NCBI GenBank assembly: GCA_963782055.1
Contig: CAWAIF010000003.1
Coordinates: 4,128,001-4,192,000 of the forward strand
Reading direction: 5' to 3'
DNA length: 64,000 nt
From: an uncultured delta proteobacterium
GTDB taxonomy: Bacteria > Myxococcota_A > Polyangia > Polyangiales > Polyangiaceae
Positions 32,300 to 41,398 of the stretch are shown piece after piece. The notes beneath the pieces are model-generated. The model was not told where the DNA came from. It saw only the letters and a list, made by a program, of their open reading frames with translations, and did no database searches. Each line of letters starts with the position of its first letter. Position 1 is the stretch's first letter. The translations under genes were made by a program, and so were the position numbers.

Positions 32300-35200
32300 A
32301 TGTCCGATCTTCGTTTCGACGGGCGCGTGGTCATCGTCACCGGCGCGGGCAACGGCCTCGGCAAGTCGCACGCGCTGCTCTTCGCCTCGCGCGGCGCCAG
32401 GGTGGTCGTCAACGACCTGGGCGGCAAGCACGACGGCACCGGCAAGGGCTCCGCCGCCGCGGACGCGGTGGTCAAGGAGATCAAGGACGCGGGCGGCGAG
32501 GCCGTCGCCAACTACGACTCGGTGGAGGACGGCGCCAAGATCGTCCAGACCGCGATGGACGCCTTCGGGCAGATCGACGTCGTGGTCAACAACGCCGGCA
32601 TCCTGCGCGACACCTCCTTCCAGAAGATGACGCAGGACGACTGGGACCTCATCTACCGCGTCCACGTCCTGGGCGCCTACCGCGTCACCCACGCCGCGTG
32701 GAACGTCACCGGCGGCATGCGGGAGAAGAGCTACGGCCGCGTCATCCTCACGTCCAGCGCCGCGGGCATCTACGGCAACTTCGGCCAGACCAACTACTCC
32801 ATGGCCAAGCTGGGCCTGGTCGGCATGGCGCAGACCCTCGCCATCGAGGGCAAGAAGCGCAACATCCGGGTCAACGCCATCGCGCCCATCGCCGGCTCGC
32901 GCATGACCGAGACGGTGCTGCCGAAGGACATGATCGACGCGCTCCGCCCGGAGTACGTCAGCCCGCTCGTCGCGTGGCTGTGCAGCGAGGAGTGCGAGGA
33001 GAGCGGCGGCCTCTTCGAGCTGGGCGGCGGCTTCTTCGGCAAGCTCCGCTGGCAGCGCAGCGAGGGCAAGACCTTCAAGCTGGGCCGCAACATCACCCCG
33101 GAGGACGTGCGCAAGTCCTTCGGCGACATCAGCGGCTTCGAGAAGGTCACCTACCCGACCGACATCCAGGCCTCGATGCAGCCCATCGTCGCCAACCTGG
33201 GCACCAAGAGCCGCGGCGGCAACGATCTCATCGACGTCGACGCCGCCCTGGACGCGCCGCCCATCAAGGCGGAGTCGCGCTACGACGAGCGCGACGTGTC
33301 CCTCTACGCCCTGGGCGTGGGCGCCGCGGAGAACCCGCTCGACGCCAAGGACCTGTCCCTCGTCTACGAGATGAGCGGCGAGGGCTTCCACGTGCTGCCC
33401 ACCTTCGCCGTCATCCCGGCGATGAAGGTCATCTTCGACGGCTTCAAGAAGGGCGAGAAGGCGCCGGGCCTCAACTACGGCTTCGAGCGCATCCTGCACG
33501 GCGAGCAGTACACCGAGGTCAAGCGCCCGCTGCCGACGCACGCCAAGCTGCGGCACGAGGTGAAGATCAAGGACATCTACGACAAGGGCAAGAACGCCAT
33601 CGTCGTGACGGCCATCAAGACCTTCGACGAGAGCGGCGACGAGCTCGCCTACAACGAGCTCACCTCCTTCGTCCGCGGCGCGGGCGGCTGGGGCGGCGAC
33701 CGCGGCCCCTCGACCGACGTCAACGTGGCGCCCGATCGCAAGCCGGACGCGGTGGTGGAGGAGAAGACGCACCCCAACCAGGCGCTGCTCTACCGCCTCT
33801 CCGGGGACATCAACCCGCTCCACGCCGACCCGTCCTTCGCGCAGGGCTTCGGCTTCGACAAGCCCATCCTGCACGGTCTGTGCAGCTTCGGCTTCGCCGC
33901 GCGCGCGGTCATCAAGGCGATGAGCGGCGGCGATCCGCGCTTCTTCAAGAGCATCAAGGTGCGCTTCGCCGACACGGTGTTCCCCGGCGAGACGCTCGTC
34001 ACCGAGATGTGGAAGGAGTCCAAGACGCGCATCGTCTTCCGCACCAAGGTCAAGGAGCGCGACAAGGTCGTCATCTCCAACGCGGCGGTCGAGCTCTACG
34101 AGGAGATCCCCAAGCCCAAGCCCAAGCCGGCGGCCAAGCCCGCGCAGGCGACGACCACCGCGCCGACGATGCCCATCAGCGCCGACGTCTTCCACGCCAT
34201 CGGCGAGTTCATCGAGCAGAACTCGGCGATGGTCGGCAAGATCGCCACCGTCTACCAGTTCAAGCTCACCGGCCCGGACTCCGTCTGGACGGTGGACCTG
34301 AAGAACGGCAAGGGCTCGGTCACCCACGGCGCCACCACCGCGCCGGAGTGCACGCTCGAGCTCAGCGACGCCGACTTCATGGCCATGTGCACCGGCAAGG
34401 CCGACTCCATGAAGCTCTTCATGGAGAAGAAGCTGCGCATCTCCGGCAACCTCATGGCCAGCCAGAAGCTGGAGTTCCTCAAGAAGATCGATCCGCAGCT
34501 CGTCATCAACGCGATGAACGAGCGCGGGGGCGACGCGGTCGCACAGACGGGCGACGCGGGCACCGGCGGCCCGGACGCGCAGGAGCCCTCGGCGTCGGAC
34601 ATCTTCGCCGTCATCGGCGACTTCATCGGCCAGAACCCGGAGATGGCCGGCAAGATCGCTGTCGTCTATCAGTTCAAGCTCACCAGCCCCGACAGCGTCT
34701 GGACGGTCGACCTGAAGAACGGCAAGGGCTCCGTCGCCGAGGGCGAGACCGCCAAGCCGGAGTGCACGCTGGAGCTCACCGAGGCAGACTTCCTCGCGAT
34801 GACGACAGGCAAGAGCGACCCCATGAAGCTCTTCATGGACAAGAAGCTGCGCATCTCCGGCAACCTGATGGCCAGCCAGAAGCTCGAGTTCCTCAAGAAG
34901 ATGGACCCCGAGAAGGCCAAGAAGATCATCGCCGAGCGCAAGGGCAAGTCGGGCGGCGCTACGGCGGCGAAGGCCGCGCCGGCGGCGGCTCCGGCCCGGA
35001 GCAAGGCCGGACAGGCGGCGGCCATCTTCGCCGCGCTGGGCAAGCGCCTCGCCGAGCAGCCCGCCCTCGCCAAGGAGGTGGGCGCGGTGCTCCAGTTCGC
35101 GGTGGACGACAAGCAGTGGGTCGTCGACCTGACGGGCAAGGGCGCGGTGAAGGAGGGCTCCGACCCCGAGGCCGCCGCCACCATCCGCATGTCCGACGCG

Positions 35201-35323
35201 GACCTCGTCGCCCTGGTCAAGGGCGCCGAGAGCGCGCTGTCGCTCTACATGCACGATCAGCTGCGCGTCGACGGCGACGTCCGCGTGGCGCAGAAGCTGG
35301 GTTTCCTGAACAAGTTGGTGTGA
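32300..35323 (+). CDS. Peroxisomal MFE-2-like multifunctional enzyme: (R)-hydroxyacyl-CoA dehydrogenase + MaoC-type hydratase 2 + three SCP2 domains
   Basis: TGAGNGLG, NNAGILRD, YSMAK; LHGEQ, YRLSGDINPLHADP, ILHGLC; SCP2 motifs WTVDLKNG..LRISGNLM (twice) and WVVDL..LRVDGD. Confidence 0.92.
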   Translation: MSDLRFDGRVVIVTGAGNGLGKSHALLFASRGARVVVNDLGGKHDGTGKGSAAADAVVKEIKDAGGEAVANYDSVEDGAKIVQTAMDAFGQIDVVVNNAGILRDTSFQKMTQDDWDLIYRVHVLGAYRVTHAAWNVTGGMREKSYGRVILTSSAAGIYGNFGQTNYSMAKLGLVGMAQTLAIEGKKRNIRVNAIAPIAGSRMTETVLPKDMIDALRPEYVSPLVAWLCSEECEESGGLFELGGGFFGKLRWQRSEGKTFKLGRNITPEDVRKSFGDISGFEKVTYPTDIQASMQPIVANLGTKSRGGNDLIDVDAALDAPPIKAESRYDERDVSLYALGVGAAENPLDAKDLSLVYEMSGEGFHVLPTFAVIPAMKVIFDGFKKGEKAPGLNYGFERILHGEQYTEVKRPLPTHAKLRHEVKIKDIYDKGKNAIVVTAIKTFDESGDELAYNELTSFVRGAGGWGGDRGPSTDVNVAPDRKPDAVVEEKTHPNQALLYRLSGDINPLHADPSFAQGFGFDKPILHGLCSFGFAARAVIKAMSGGDPRFFKSIKVRFADTVFPGETLVTEMWKESKTRIVFRTKVKERDKVVISNAAVELYEEIPKPKPKPAAKPAQATTTAPTMPISADVFHAIGEFIEQNSAMVGKIATVYQFKLTGPDSVWTVDLKNGKGSVTHGATTAPECTLELSDADFMAMCTGKADSMKLFMEKKLRISGNLMASQKLEFLKKIDPQLVINAMNERGGDAVAQTGDAGTGGPDAQEPSASDIFAVIGDFIGQNPEMAGKIAVVYQFKLTSPDSVWTVDLKNGKGSVAEGETAKPECTLELTEADFLAMTTGKSDPMKLFMDKKLRISGNLMASQKLEFLKKMDPEKAKKIIAERKGKSGGATAAKAAPAAAPARSKAGQAAAIFAALGKRLAEQPALAKEVGAVLQFAVDDKQWVVDLTGKGAVKEGSDPEAAATIRMSDADLVALVKGAESALSLYMHDQLRVDGDVRVAQKLGFLNKLV

Positions 35324-35346
35324 GCGACTCCGGAGAAGGTGCAGCC

Positions 35347-36525
35347 ATGAAGCGTCGAGTCAATGTGATTGGCGTCGGGATGATCAAGTTCAGCAAGCCC
35401 GGCGCGAGCGAGGACTACAACGTGATGGCCGCCAAGGCGGCCCGCGCGGCCATCGAGGACGCCAAGGTGCCCTACGCCGAGATCGAGCAGGCCTACGCCG
35501 GCTACGTCTACGGCGACTCCACCTGCGGCCAGCGCGCCGTCTACGAGGTGGGCCTGACCGGCATCCCCGTCTTCAACGTCAACAACAACTGCTCCACCGG
35601 CTCGACCGCGCTGATGCTCGGCCGCCAGGCGGTCGAGGGCGGCATCGCCGAGTGCGTGCTCGTCGTCGGCTTCGAGCAGATGGAGAAGGGCGCGCTCGGC
35701 AGCAAGTTCACCGACCGCACCAACCCGCTCGACCAGCACGCGGGCGTGATGAGCAAGGTGCAGGGCTTCAACAACGCGCCCCCCGCCGCGCAGATGTTCG
35801 GCGGCGCCGGCCGGGAGTACCGCTGGCGCTACGGGACGAAGAAGGAGACCTTCGGCAAGGTCAGCGAGAAGGCGCGCAAGCACGCGCACCAGAACCCCCT
35901 CGCCATCTTCAACAACCTGCTGACGCTGGAGGAGATCATGACCTCCCCGGAGGTCTTCGACCCGCTGACGCGCTACCAGTGCTGCCCGCCCACCTGCGGC
36001 GCAGCGGCGGCGGTCATCTGCTCCGACGACTTCGCCAAGAAGCACAACATCCAGAAGCCGGTCTACATCGCCGCGCAGGCCATGACGACGGACTACCAGT
36101 CCAGCTTCGGCGACTCGATGATCAAGATGGTCGGCTACGACATGACGGTGAACGCCGCGAAGAAGGTCTACGAGGAGAGCGGCATCGGCCCGGAGGACGT
36201 GGACGTCGTCGAGCTGCACGACTGCTTCACCGCGAACGAGATCCTCACCTACGAGGGCCTCGGCCTGTGCAAGGAGGGCGAGGCGGAGAAGTTCATCGAG
36301 GAGGGGCAGAACACGTACGGGGGCAAGTACGTGACGAACCCGTCGGGCGGGCTCCTGTCCAAGGGGCATCCGCTCGGGGCGACGGGGCTCGCGCAGTGCA
36401 CCGAGCTGGTGTGGCAGCTCCGGGGGCAGGCGGACAAGCGGCAGGTGGAGGGGGCGAAGGTCGCGCTGCAGCACAACCTGGGGCTGGGCGGGGCGTGCGT
36501 CGTGACGATGTACAGGAAGGATTAG
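35347..36525 (+). CDS. SCPx-type thiolase (lipid-transfer protein)
   Basis: NVNNNCSTGS, QCCPPTCG, VELHDCF, NPSGGLLSKGHPLGATG, QHNLGLGG; ATG 35347. Confidence 0.93.
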   Translation: MKRRVNVIGVGMIKFSKPGASEDYNVMAAKAARAAIEDAKVPYAEIEQAYAGYVYGDSTCGQRAVYEVGLTGIPVFNVNNNCSTGSTALMLGRQAVEGGIAECVLVVGFEQMEKGALGSKFTDRTNPLDQHAGVMSKVQGFNNAPPAAQMFGGAGREYRWRYGTKKETFGKVSEKARKHAHQNPLAIFNNLLTLEEIMTSPEVFDPLTRYQCCPPTCGAAAAVICSDDFAKKHNIQKPVYIAAQAMTTDYQSSFGDSMIKMVGYDMTVNAAKKVYEESGIGPEDVDVVELHDCFTANEILTYEGLGLCKEGEAEKFIEEGQNTYGGKYVTNPSGGLLSKGHPLGATGLAQCTELVWQLRGQADKRQVEGAKVALQHNLGLGGACVVTMYRKD

Positions 36526-36924
36526 GGGGGCCCCTCCTCGCGTGTGCTCGGGCCCATGCTCGCTCGCACGCGTGCCGTCGGTGGGTGCGAGGTGCACCGG
36601 CGTCGGCACGCGCGCGAGCTTGCGCGTGGGCCCTGCGCGCACGCGCAAGCTCGCCCGTCGCTCGCTCGCGCTCGCTCGGGACGGGGAGGATGGTGTCGTG
36701 CACGACCCTTCCTCGGCGGAGATGCGTCGTTGACCCTCCCCTCCCCCGCGTTCGAGGAACGGGGTGGGCGGCGCACGAGGGGCTTCGTGCAGCGCCACGC
36801 CGGTGGGCGGAAGAAGCCCGCCGGCCTTCCGGGTGGGCGAGCTGGCGTGACTGCGGCCGTCATGCTTCTTTCGCCTCGGGAGGGCATGGCGCTGCACGAA
36901 GCCCCCTCGCTCTTCTTCCTCCAT

Positions 36925-37030
36925 CACCACGCTCGGCGGATCCGGCGGGAGGATGCGACGCGGTCGGAGGTGATGATGTGGCGGGCGCTCAAGGGGCGGA
37001 AGGTGGGCGGGTGAAGTTCCGGCGGCGGCG
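36925..37030 (+). pseudogene. DUF559/Vsr-like endonuclease N-terminal remnant
   Basis: [27 protein letters not shown], then VKFRRR after a 1-nt shift, matches the family opening (ARxLRR..T..E..LW..L..R...G.KFRRQ); the rest is absent. Confidence 0.55.
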
Positions 37031-37088
37031 AGAGCGGCTCGGACTGGTCGGAAGCGCGCGCGCGCATCCTTCGGCGTCTCGGCCACGC

Positions 37089-37235
37089 GTGAAGCTGCGC
37101 ATCGATCCGGAAGCAGAGGAGGAGCTCGCCGCTGCCACGACGTGGTACGAGTCCCAGCGCGCAGGACTGGGCGCGGACCTCGTGGCTGCGGTGGACGCGG
37201 CGTTCGAAGCAATCCTGTCGGCCCCGCTCGCGTCT
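37089..37235 (+). pseudogene. RelE/ParE-family toxin N-terminal fragment
   Basis: [46 protein letters not shown], followed by unrelated sequence; no antitoxin upstream. Confidence 0.65.
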
Positions 37236-37351
37236 CATCGCGCTGGCGAGCGCGTTCCTCGCCCCGGGCGGCGAAGCGTACGTGGGGGGCGAGACGTACG
37301 TGGCGAAGCCGGCGGGGACGCTCTTTCGCCGCGCACCGTGACCCGACACGA

Positions 37352-37593
37352 TCAGCGACGATAGTCGCGCCGCATGGATCCGTCGTGGCGGCCGCTGCGC
37401 ATGCAGCAGGCCTTGAAACCGCCTCGTCGACCCGCACGGGCACGGATCGTTGCGACCGAGGCGCTCGAGGAGCTCCTTGTCGCCGTGCACGACGCGGTCA
37501 CCGCGCTTGACGTGGGCTTCGGACGGGAAGCCCGCGCGGCGCTTGCTCGTCCGCTCGAAAGCAGGGGGCTTCCAGGTGGTCCTCGGGTCTCAT
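37352..37593 (-). CDS. Small SEC-C zinc-binding protein (79 aa) decoded across two +1 frame changes
   Basis: GGGAGG SD + ATG 37593; frame 0 [12 protein letters not shown]; +1 frame [28 protein letters not shown]; +2 frame [12 protein letters not shown] stop. Both junctions are TTT-C. Confidence 0.7.
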
Positions 37594-38160
37594 GGCGCAC
37601 CTCCCGGTGTGCTGGACGCACGCGCGGCGCGCGCCTGACATCGCTCGCGCGCGGCTCAACGGCGAGGCTCGTCCCCACCGGGAGCTCCATCACCAGACCC
37701 CGCGTCGCGTAGCCGAGGCGCTCGTAGAGCTCGCGTGCGCGGGTGTTCCAGCTCCAGACGTGGAGCTGGACGGCCTCGGCGCCCTTGGAGGCGGCCCACG
37801 CGTGCGCGGCCTCGAGGAGGGCGCGGCCGACGCCACGACCTCGGTCCGGCTCGCGCACGACGACGCCCTCGACGACGGCGACGCGGCGCGGGACGGACCC
37901 GTCTCCGTCGCGCGGGGGCTTCATCAGCACCTCGACGACGCCCAGGACGGCGCCGTCCTCGCGCGCGACCAGGAGGGCGTGATCCGGGGAGCGGATCCGT
38001 TCGAGCATCCAGTCCATGGATCGCGCGGGGCCCGCGCGCGGGCGGAACACGTCGGGCGTCTTCTCGGCGTGGACATGATCGGATTCGGCGAGCACCTCGC
38101 AGACCGCGTCGTAGTCGGCCAGGGCGGCGGGTTCGACCAGCATCGAGAGAGGCTAGCACC
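37423..38160. repeat. Diverged direct duplication, copy 1 (GNAT + SEC-C gene)
   Basis: Colinear high similarity to 41173-41904, including the intergenic and promoter sequence. Confidence 0.9.
37668..38143 (-). CDS. GNAT acetyltransferase, copy 1 (stop bypassed by a 1-nt deletion relative to copy 2)
   Basis: VVREPDRGRGVGRALL motif A; LHVWSWNTRARELYERLGY; near-identical to 41399-41887. Confidence 0.85.
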
Positions 38161-38323
38161 CGAACACGATCGACCAGGAAGTCGCCCGGCTCCTGGGCCT
38201 CACGGGGCTCTACGGGCGTCGCCCCACTTCCGAGGCGCGAGCGCTCGAGTCGGCATGGCTTCCCATCGAGCCCACATCGCCGTCGGACCCTTTGGCCGAC
38301 GTGCGCAGCGGCGGCCCGTCGTC

Positions 38324-38950
38324 TCAGAATCGCCCTGCCACGCCGGCGACTGCGCCGCCTGGCAGGAGCGAGACCACCGGCACGGCGTCGGGATCGGACG
38401 CCTTTTTCGGGTACGTCCTCGCGAGGAAGGCCGCATCGATCGCCATCGCGGCGACGATACCCACGCCGGAGCCGACGATGCCGGCGTAGATCATCGCGTT
38501 CTCGTCGCTCACGGTTCCGCCGCCCCCGCCGCAGTTGAAGCACCCCCGGCCGTAGGGAGCTCGCTGCACGAGCGAGCCGAACGCCGCGCCGAGAAATCCG
38601 TTCGCCACGAGCGAGAAGGTGTGCAGCCCCAGGCTCGCAAGACCGATGAGGCCGCGGCCGTGAAACCAGTGCACCGTGGGCGCGGCGAAGATGGCCGCAC
38701 CGCCGACGAGCAAGGACGGCACGGGGTTGCCCGTCGTCAGGGCTAGCCCCGCGCTCCCCGCGACCGCCCCGAGCGCCACCACGTCGGCGAGGACGATCTG
38801 GCCGGGATAGGACGGCATCGGAGCCTGGTGATGCTCCACCGGCGGCAGCATCGGATCGTCCACCACGTCCGGGGCGGCGGCGTGCGCGCTGCTCGCCAGA
38901 CTGCAGACCGCGAACGCCACGCACGTGGCCAGCACCGCGCCGACTCGCAT
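38324..38950 (-). CDS. Hypothetical exported/membrane protein
   Basis: Signal peptide (SSAHAA), hydrophobic Gly-rich helices, YPGQIVLAD, C-terminal GVAGRF. Confidence 0.7.
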   Translation of the reverse strand: MRVGAVLATCVAFAVCSLASSAHAAAPDVVDDPMLPPVEHHQAPMPSYPGQIVLADVVALGAVAGSAGLALTTGNPVPSLLVGGAAIFAAPTVHWFHGRGLIGLASLGLHTFSLVANGFLGAAFGSLVQRAPYGRGCFNCGGGGGTVSDENAMIYAGIVGSGVGIVAAMAIDAAFLARTYPKKASDPDAVPVVSLLPGGAVAGVAGRF

Positions 38951-39039
38951 GCGCTCAGCGTACTGCCCCGCGGTGCTCGACGCCACGTGGGCCACGGCGG
39001 GCACCGGAGAAGGACGCGCGGGCTGGTGGCCGGGAGGGA

Positions 39040-40182
39040 TCACGAACGGCCGCGTTCGAGCGATGCCTCGAGGCGCTCCTCGTCCAGGGTCTCGTCGGAC
39101 GCGGCCTCCAGGGCGACGCGCACGTGCGGATCGGCGGACTGGTTGGCGGCCACGCGGACGGTGACGCGCGCCTCCGGATCGTCACGCAGCGCGAGGGCAG
39201 CCCCGACGCGCCGCTCGAGCGCGACCTTCGGGTCGACGACCACGCCCACCAGGTCCGTGCGATCGAGCGCCGCGTCGCGGAAGCCGCCGCCCGCGAGCTT
39301 GCGCAGCTCGGCGATCCACGCGCCCGTGGACCGACCCCCGCGCTCGAGCGACTCGAGGGCGCGCGCCGAGTCCCTCTCGTAGCGCGCGCGGCCGTCGCGG
39401 ATTCGCCCGACGATCGCGTCCACGCGCGCGCGCGTCTGGGCGACCAGGGGCAGCACCAGCCTCCCGCTCTCCAGGCCGACGACGATCTGCTCGCCGGTGC
39501 CCTGGCTCGGGTCGAGCGAGCAGACGTTCACGGCACGGATGGCCGAGTACGGGACGAAGCGCGGGCGGAGCACGCCCGTCGTCCGGAGCCCGTCGAGCCC
39601 CACGATCACGCCGGGTCGCAGCTTCTTGACGACGAGCACCGTCGCGGCGACCGCCACGATGGGAGGAACGGCGAGGGCCGCCGCAGTTAGGTGCAGCGAC
39701 GCCATCACGACGGAGGCGACAATCCACGTGCTCATGAACCCGAGGAGCCCGCGGGTGAAGACGCCGAGGACGCCCCGCAGCGATGCGGAGAGCGCGCGCT
39801 GATCCAGCGTGAGCCCCAGCTCCGCGAGCACGTCGGCCGGGGTCCGGTCCGCCGGCTCGGCCTCGATCACCGCGCCGTCGCGCGCGTGGAGGATCACCTT
39901 GGATCCGGCCCTGTAGCCGTCCTCGACCGTCCGCGCGTCGACGTCGAGCACGACGTCGTGCCGGAGGCGGCGGCCGGCCAGGACGGCGGCAAGCACCGCA
40001 ATCCCGAGTCCGGTGACGAGCACCGCACCCACGGGCGCCGACCACGACGCCAGCATGATCGCCGCGAGCGGTGTGACGACGAGGCCGGCGACGGCCGCGA
40101 GCGCCACGCGCCAGCGATTCGAGCCGACGCGCAGCGTGCGGCAGGGCACGTGGAGCATCTTCGCGCGGCTCGAGCGGGTCAT
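39040..40182 (-). CDS. Hypothetical membrane protein (paralog of 8845-10068)
   Basis: Two TM pairs; VIVGLDGL, ERGGRSTGAWIAELR, DPKVALERRVGAALAL, VRVALEAAS. Confidence 0.72.
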   Translation of the reverse strand: MTRSSRAKMLHVPCRTLRVGSNRWRVALAAVAGLVVTPLAAIMLASWSAPVGAVLVTGLGIAVLAAVLAGRRLRHDVVLDVDARTVEDGYRAGSKVILHARDGAVIEAEPADRTPADVLAELGLTLDQRALSASLRGVLGVFTRGLLGFMSTWIVASVVMASLHLTAAALAVPPIVAVAATVLVVKKLRPGVIVGLDGLRTTGVLRPRFVPYSAIRAVNVCSLDPSQGTGEQIVVGLESGRLVLPLVAQTRARVDAIVGRIRDGRARYERDSARALESLERGGRSTGAWIAELRKLAGGGFRDAALDRTDLVGVVVDPKVALERRVGAALALRDDPEARVTVRVAANQSADPHVRVALEAASDETLDEERLEASLERGRS

Positions 40183-40219
40183 CGACGCGAGTGTAGCGGA
40201 CGGCGCCGGATGCCACACG

Positions 40220-40975
40220 TCAGGGCGGCGTGGGTCCCGGGGCGGCGCACAGCTTCGAGGAGCCGGCGCGGCAGCCGATGCGGGTCGCTCGGTCGATGGC
40301 CTTCGACACGAGCGGACTCGACGGCGCGTTCTGCAGGACGCCCACCAGGTACTCGCACGCCGTCGCCACGCCGTCGGGGTGGTCGAGCGCACCGTCGCAG
40401 CCTCTGAGCAGTGCCTGCAGCGCCCGGGAGCGATCTTGCGGGACGCCTTCCCCCCGCGCATACGCCGCACCGGCCATGGCGCAGCCCTCCGCCTCGCCGG
40501 CGGCGCAGGCGAGCGCGAAGAGCCTGGCGGCGCACGCGAGGCTCACCGGATCGCGATGCTCCAGGCGCACCGTCGCACCGTAGTTGGTGCACCCGAGCAC
40601 GTTCCCCAGACGACACGCTCGCTCGTAGAGCCGCAGCTCCTTGCCGCGGTCGGGGTGGTCCGACTCCGCGTCCATGTTGCCTGCGGTCACGCACGCCGGG
40701 GCGCCGCCCGCGTCGCAGGCGCGCTCGCACGCGTGCGCGTCGCCGCACGCGTCGTCCGGCTCCAGACCGGAGATGGCGCCTGCGGGCGCCGCGCAGGCGG
40801 CGATGGCCGGCTTCGCGGACGAGGCTGAAGGCGCAGGCGCGTCGGGCAGGCGTACCTCGGTGGCCGCAGGCGACGCGGGTGGAGGGCTGCTCCCGGCACC
40901 GCACCCGAGCATGAGCAACACGCCGCAAACCGCGCGGACGTGTCGGGCGGCGAGAGGGAGGGTCGGTGGCTTCAT
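40220..40975 (-). CDS. Sel1-like repeat lipoprotein
   Basis: Lipobox MLGC; repeats [34 protein letters not shown]. Confidence 0.8.
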   Translation of the reverse strand: MKPPTLPLAARHVRAVCGVLLMLGCGAGSSPPPASPAATEVRLPDAPAPSASSAKPAIAACAAPAGAISGLEPDDACGDAHACERACDAGGAPACVTAGNMDAESDHPDRGKELRLYERACRLGNVLGCTNYGATVRLEHRDPVSLACAARLFALACAAGEAEGCAMAGAAYARGEGVPQDRSRALQALLRGCDGALDHPDGVATACEYLVGVLQNAPSSPLVSKAIDRATRIGCRAGSSKLCAAPGPTPP

Positions 40976-41172
40976 CGCGAGCCGGAGAGTGGTCGGAGCG
41001 CGCAGCGATGGCAAGCCGGGCGCTCGCGCGTGGCGCACCCCGGACCGGGCACCGGCAGTCGCAGCACGCCGTTGAGTGCGAGACCCCAGGTGCCATCCGC
41101 CCCGCTCGTCTGCGTCTGCCTTGCGATGGCGGTCGAAGCTCTCCCGCGACGCCCACGGCATCGCGCATGGGT

Positions 41173-41342
41173 TCGTCGATCCGCACGGGCACGGATCGTT
41201 GCGGCCGAGGCGCTCGAGGAGCTCCTTGTCGCCGTGCACGACGCGGTCACCGCGCTTGACGTCGGCCTCGGACGGGAACCCCGCGCGGCGCTTGCTCGTC
41301 CGCTCGAAAGCAGGGGGCTTCCAGGTGGTTCTTGGTTCTCAT
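41173..41342 (-). pseudogene. SEC-C small gene, copy 2, truncated after CPCGST
   Basis: Same SD/ATG and same TGC-TTT-CGA site (41307-41309) as copy 1; similarity stops just before the second TTT-C site. Confidence 0.7.
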
Positions 41343-41398
41343 GGCGCACCTCCCCGTGTGCTTGACGCACGCGCGGCGCGCGCCTGACACCGCGTCGC

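Noticed and set aside
31132..36525. 1797-aa ORF ending in the thiolase
   Set aside because: Only the last 392 aa (from ATG 35347) are protein-like; the rest is an off-frame read of the lipoprotein and MFE-2 genes.
37089..37364. Intact ParE toxin-antitoxin system
   Set aside because: The C-terminal half of the toxin is missing and no antitoxin ORF is present upstream.
37352..38143. GNAT fused in frame to the SEC-C C-terminus (263 aa)
   Set aside because: It results from a 1-nt deletion relative to copy 2. The linker is off-frame junk and the CPC half of the motif is absent.
40220..41239. SEC-C::Sel1 fusion ORF (339 aa)
   Set aside because: The Sel1 protein has its own start and lipoprotein signal at 40975, and the intervening sequence is not protein-like; the shared frame is probably chance.
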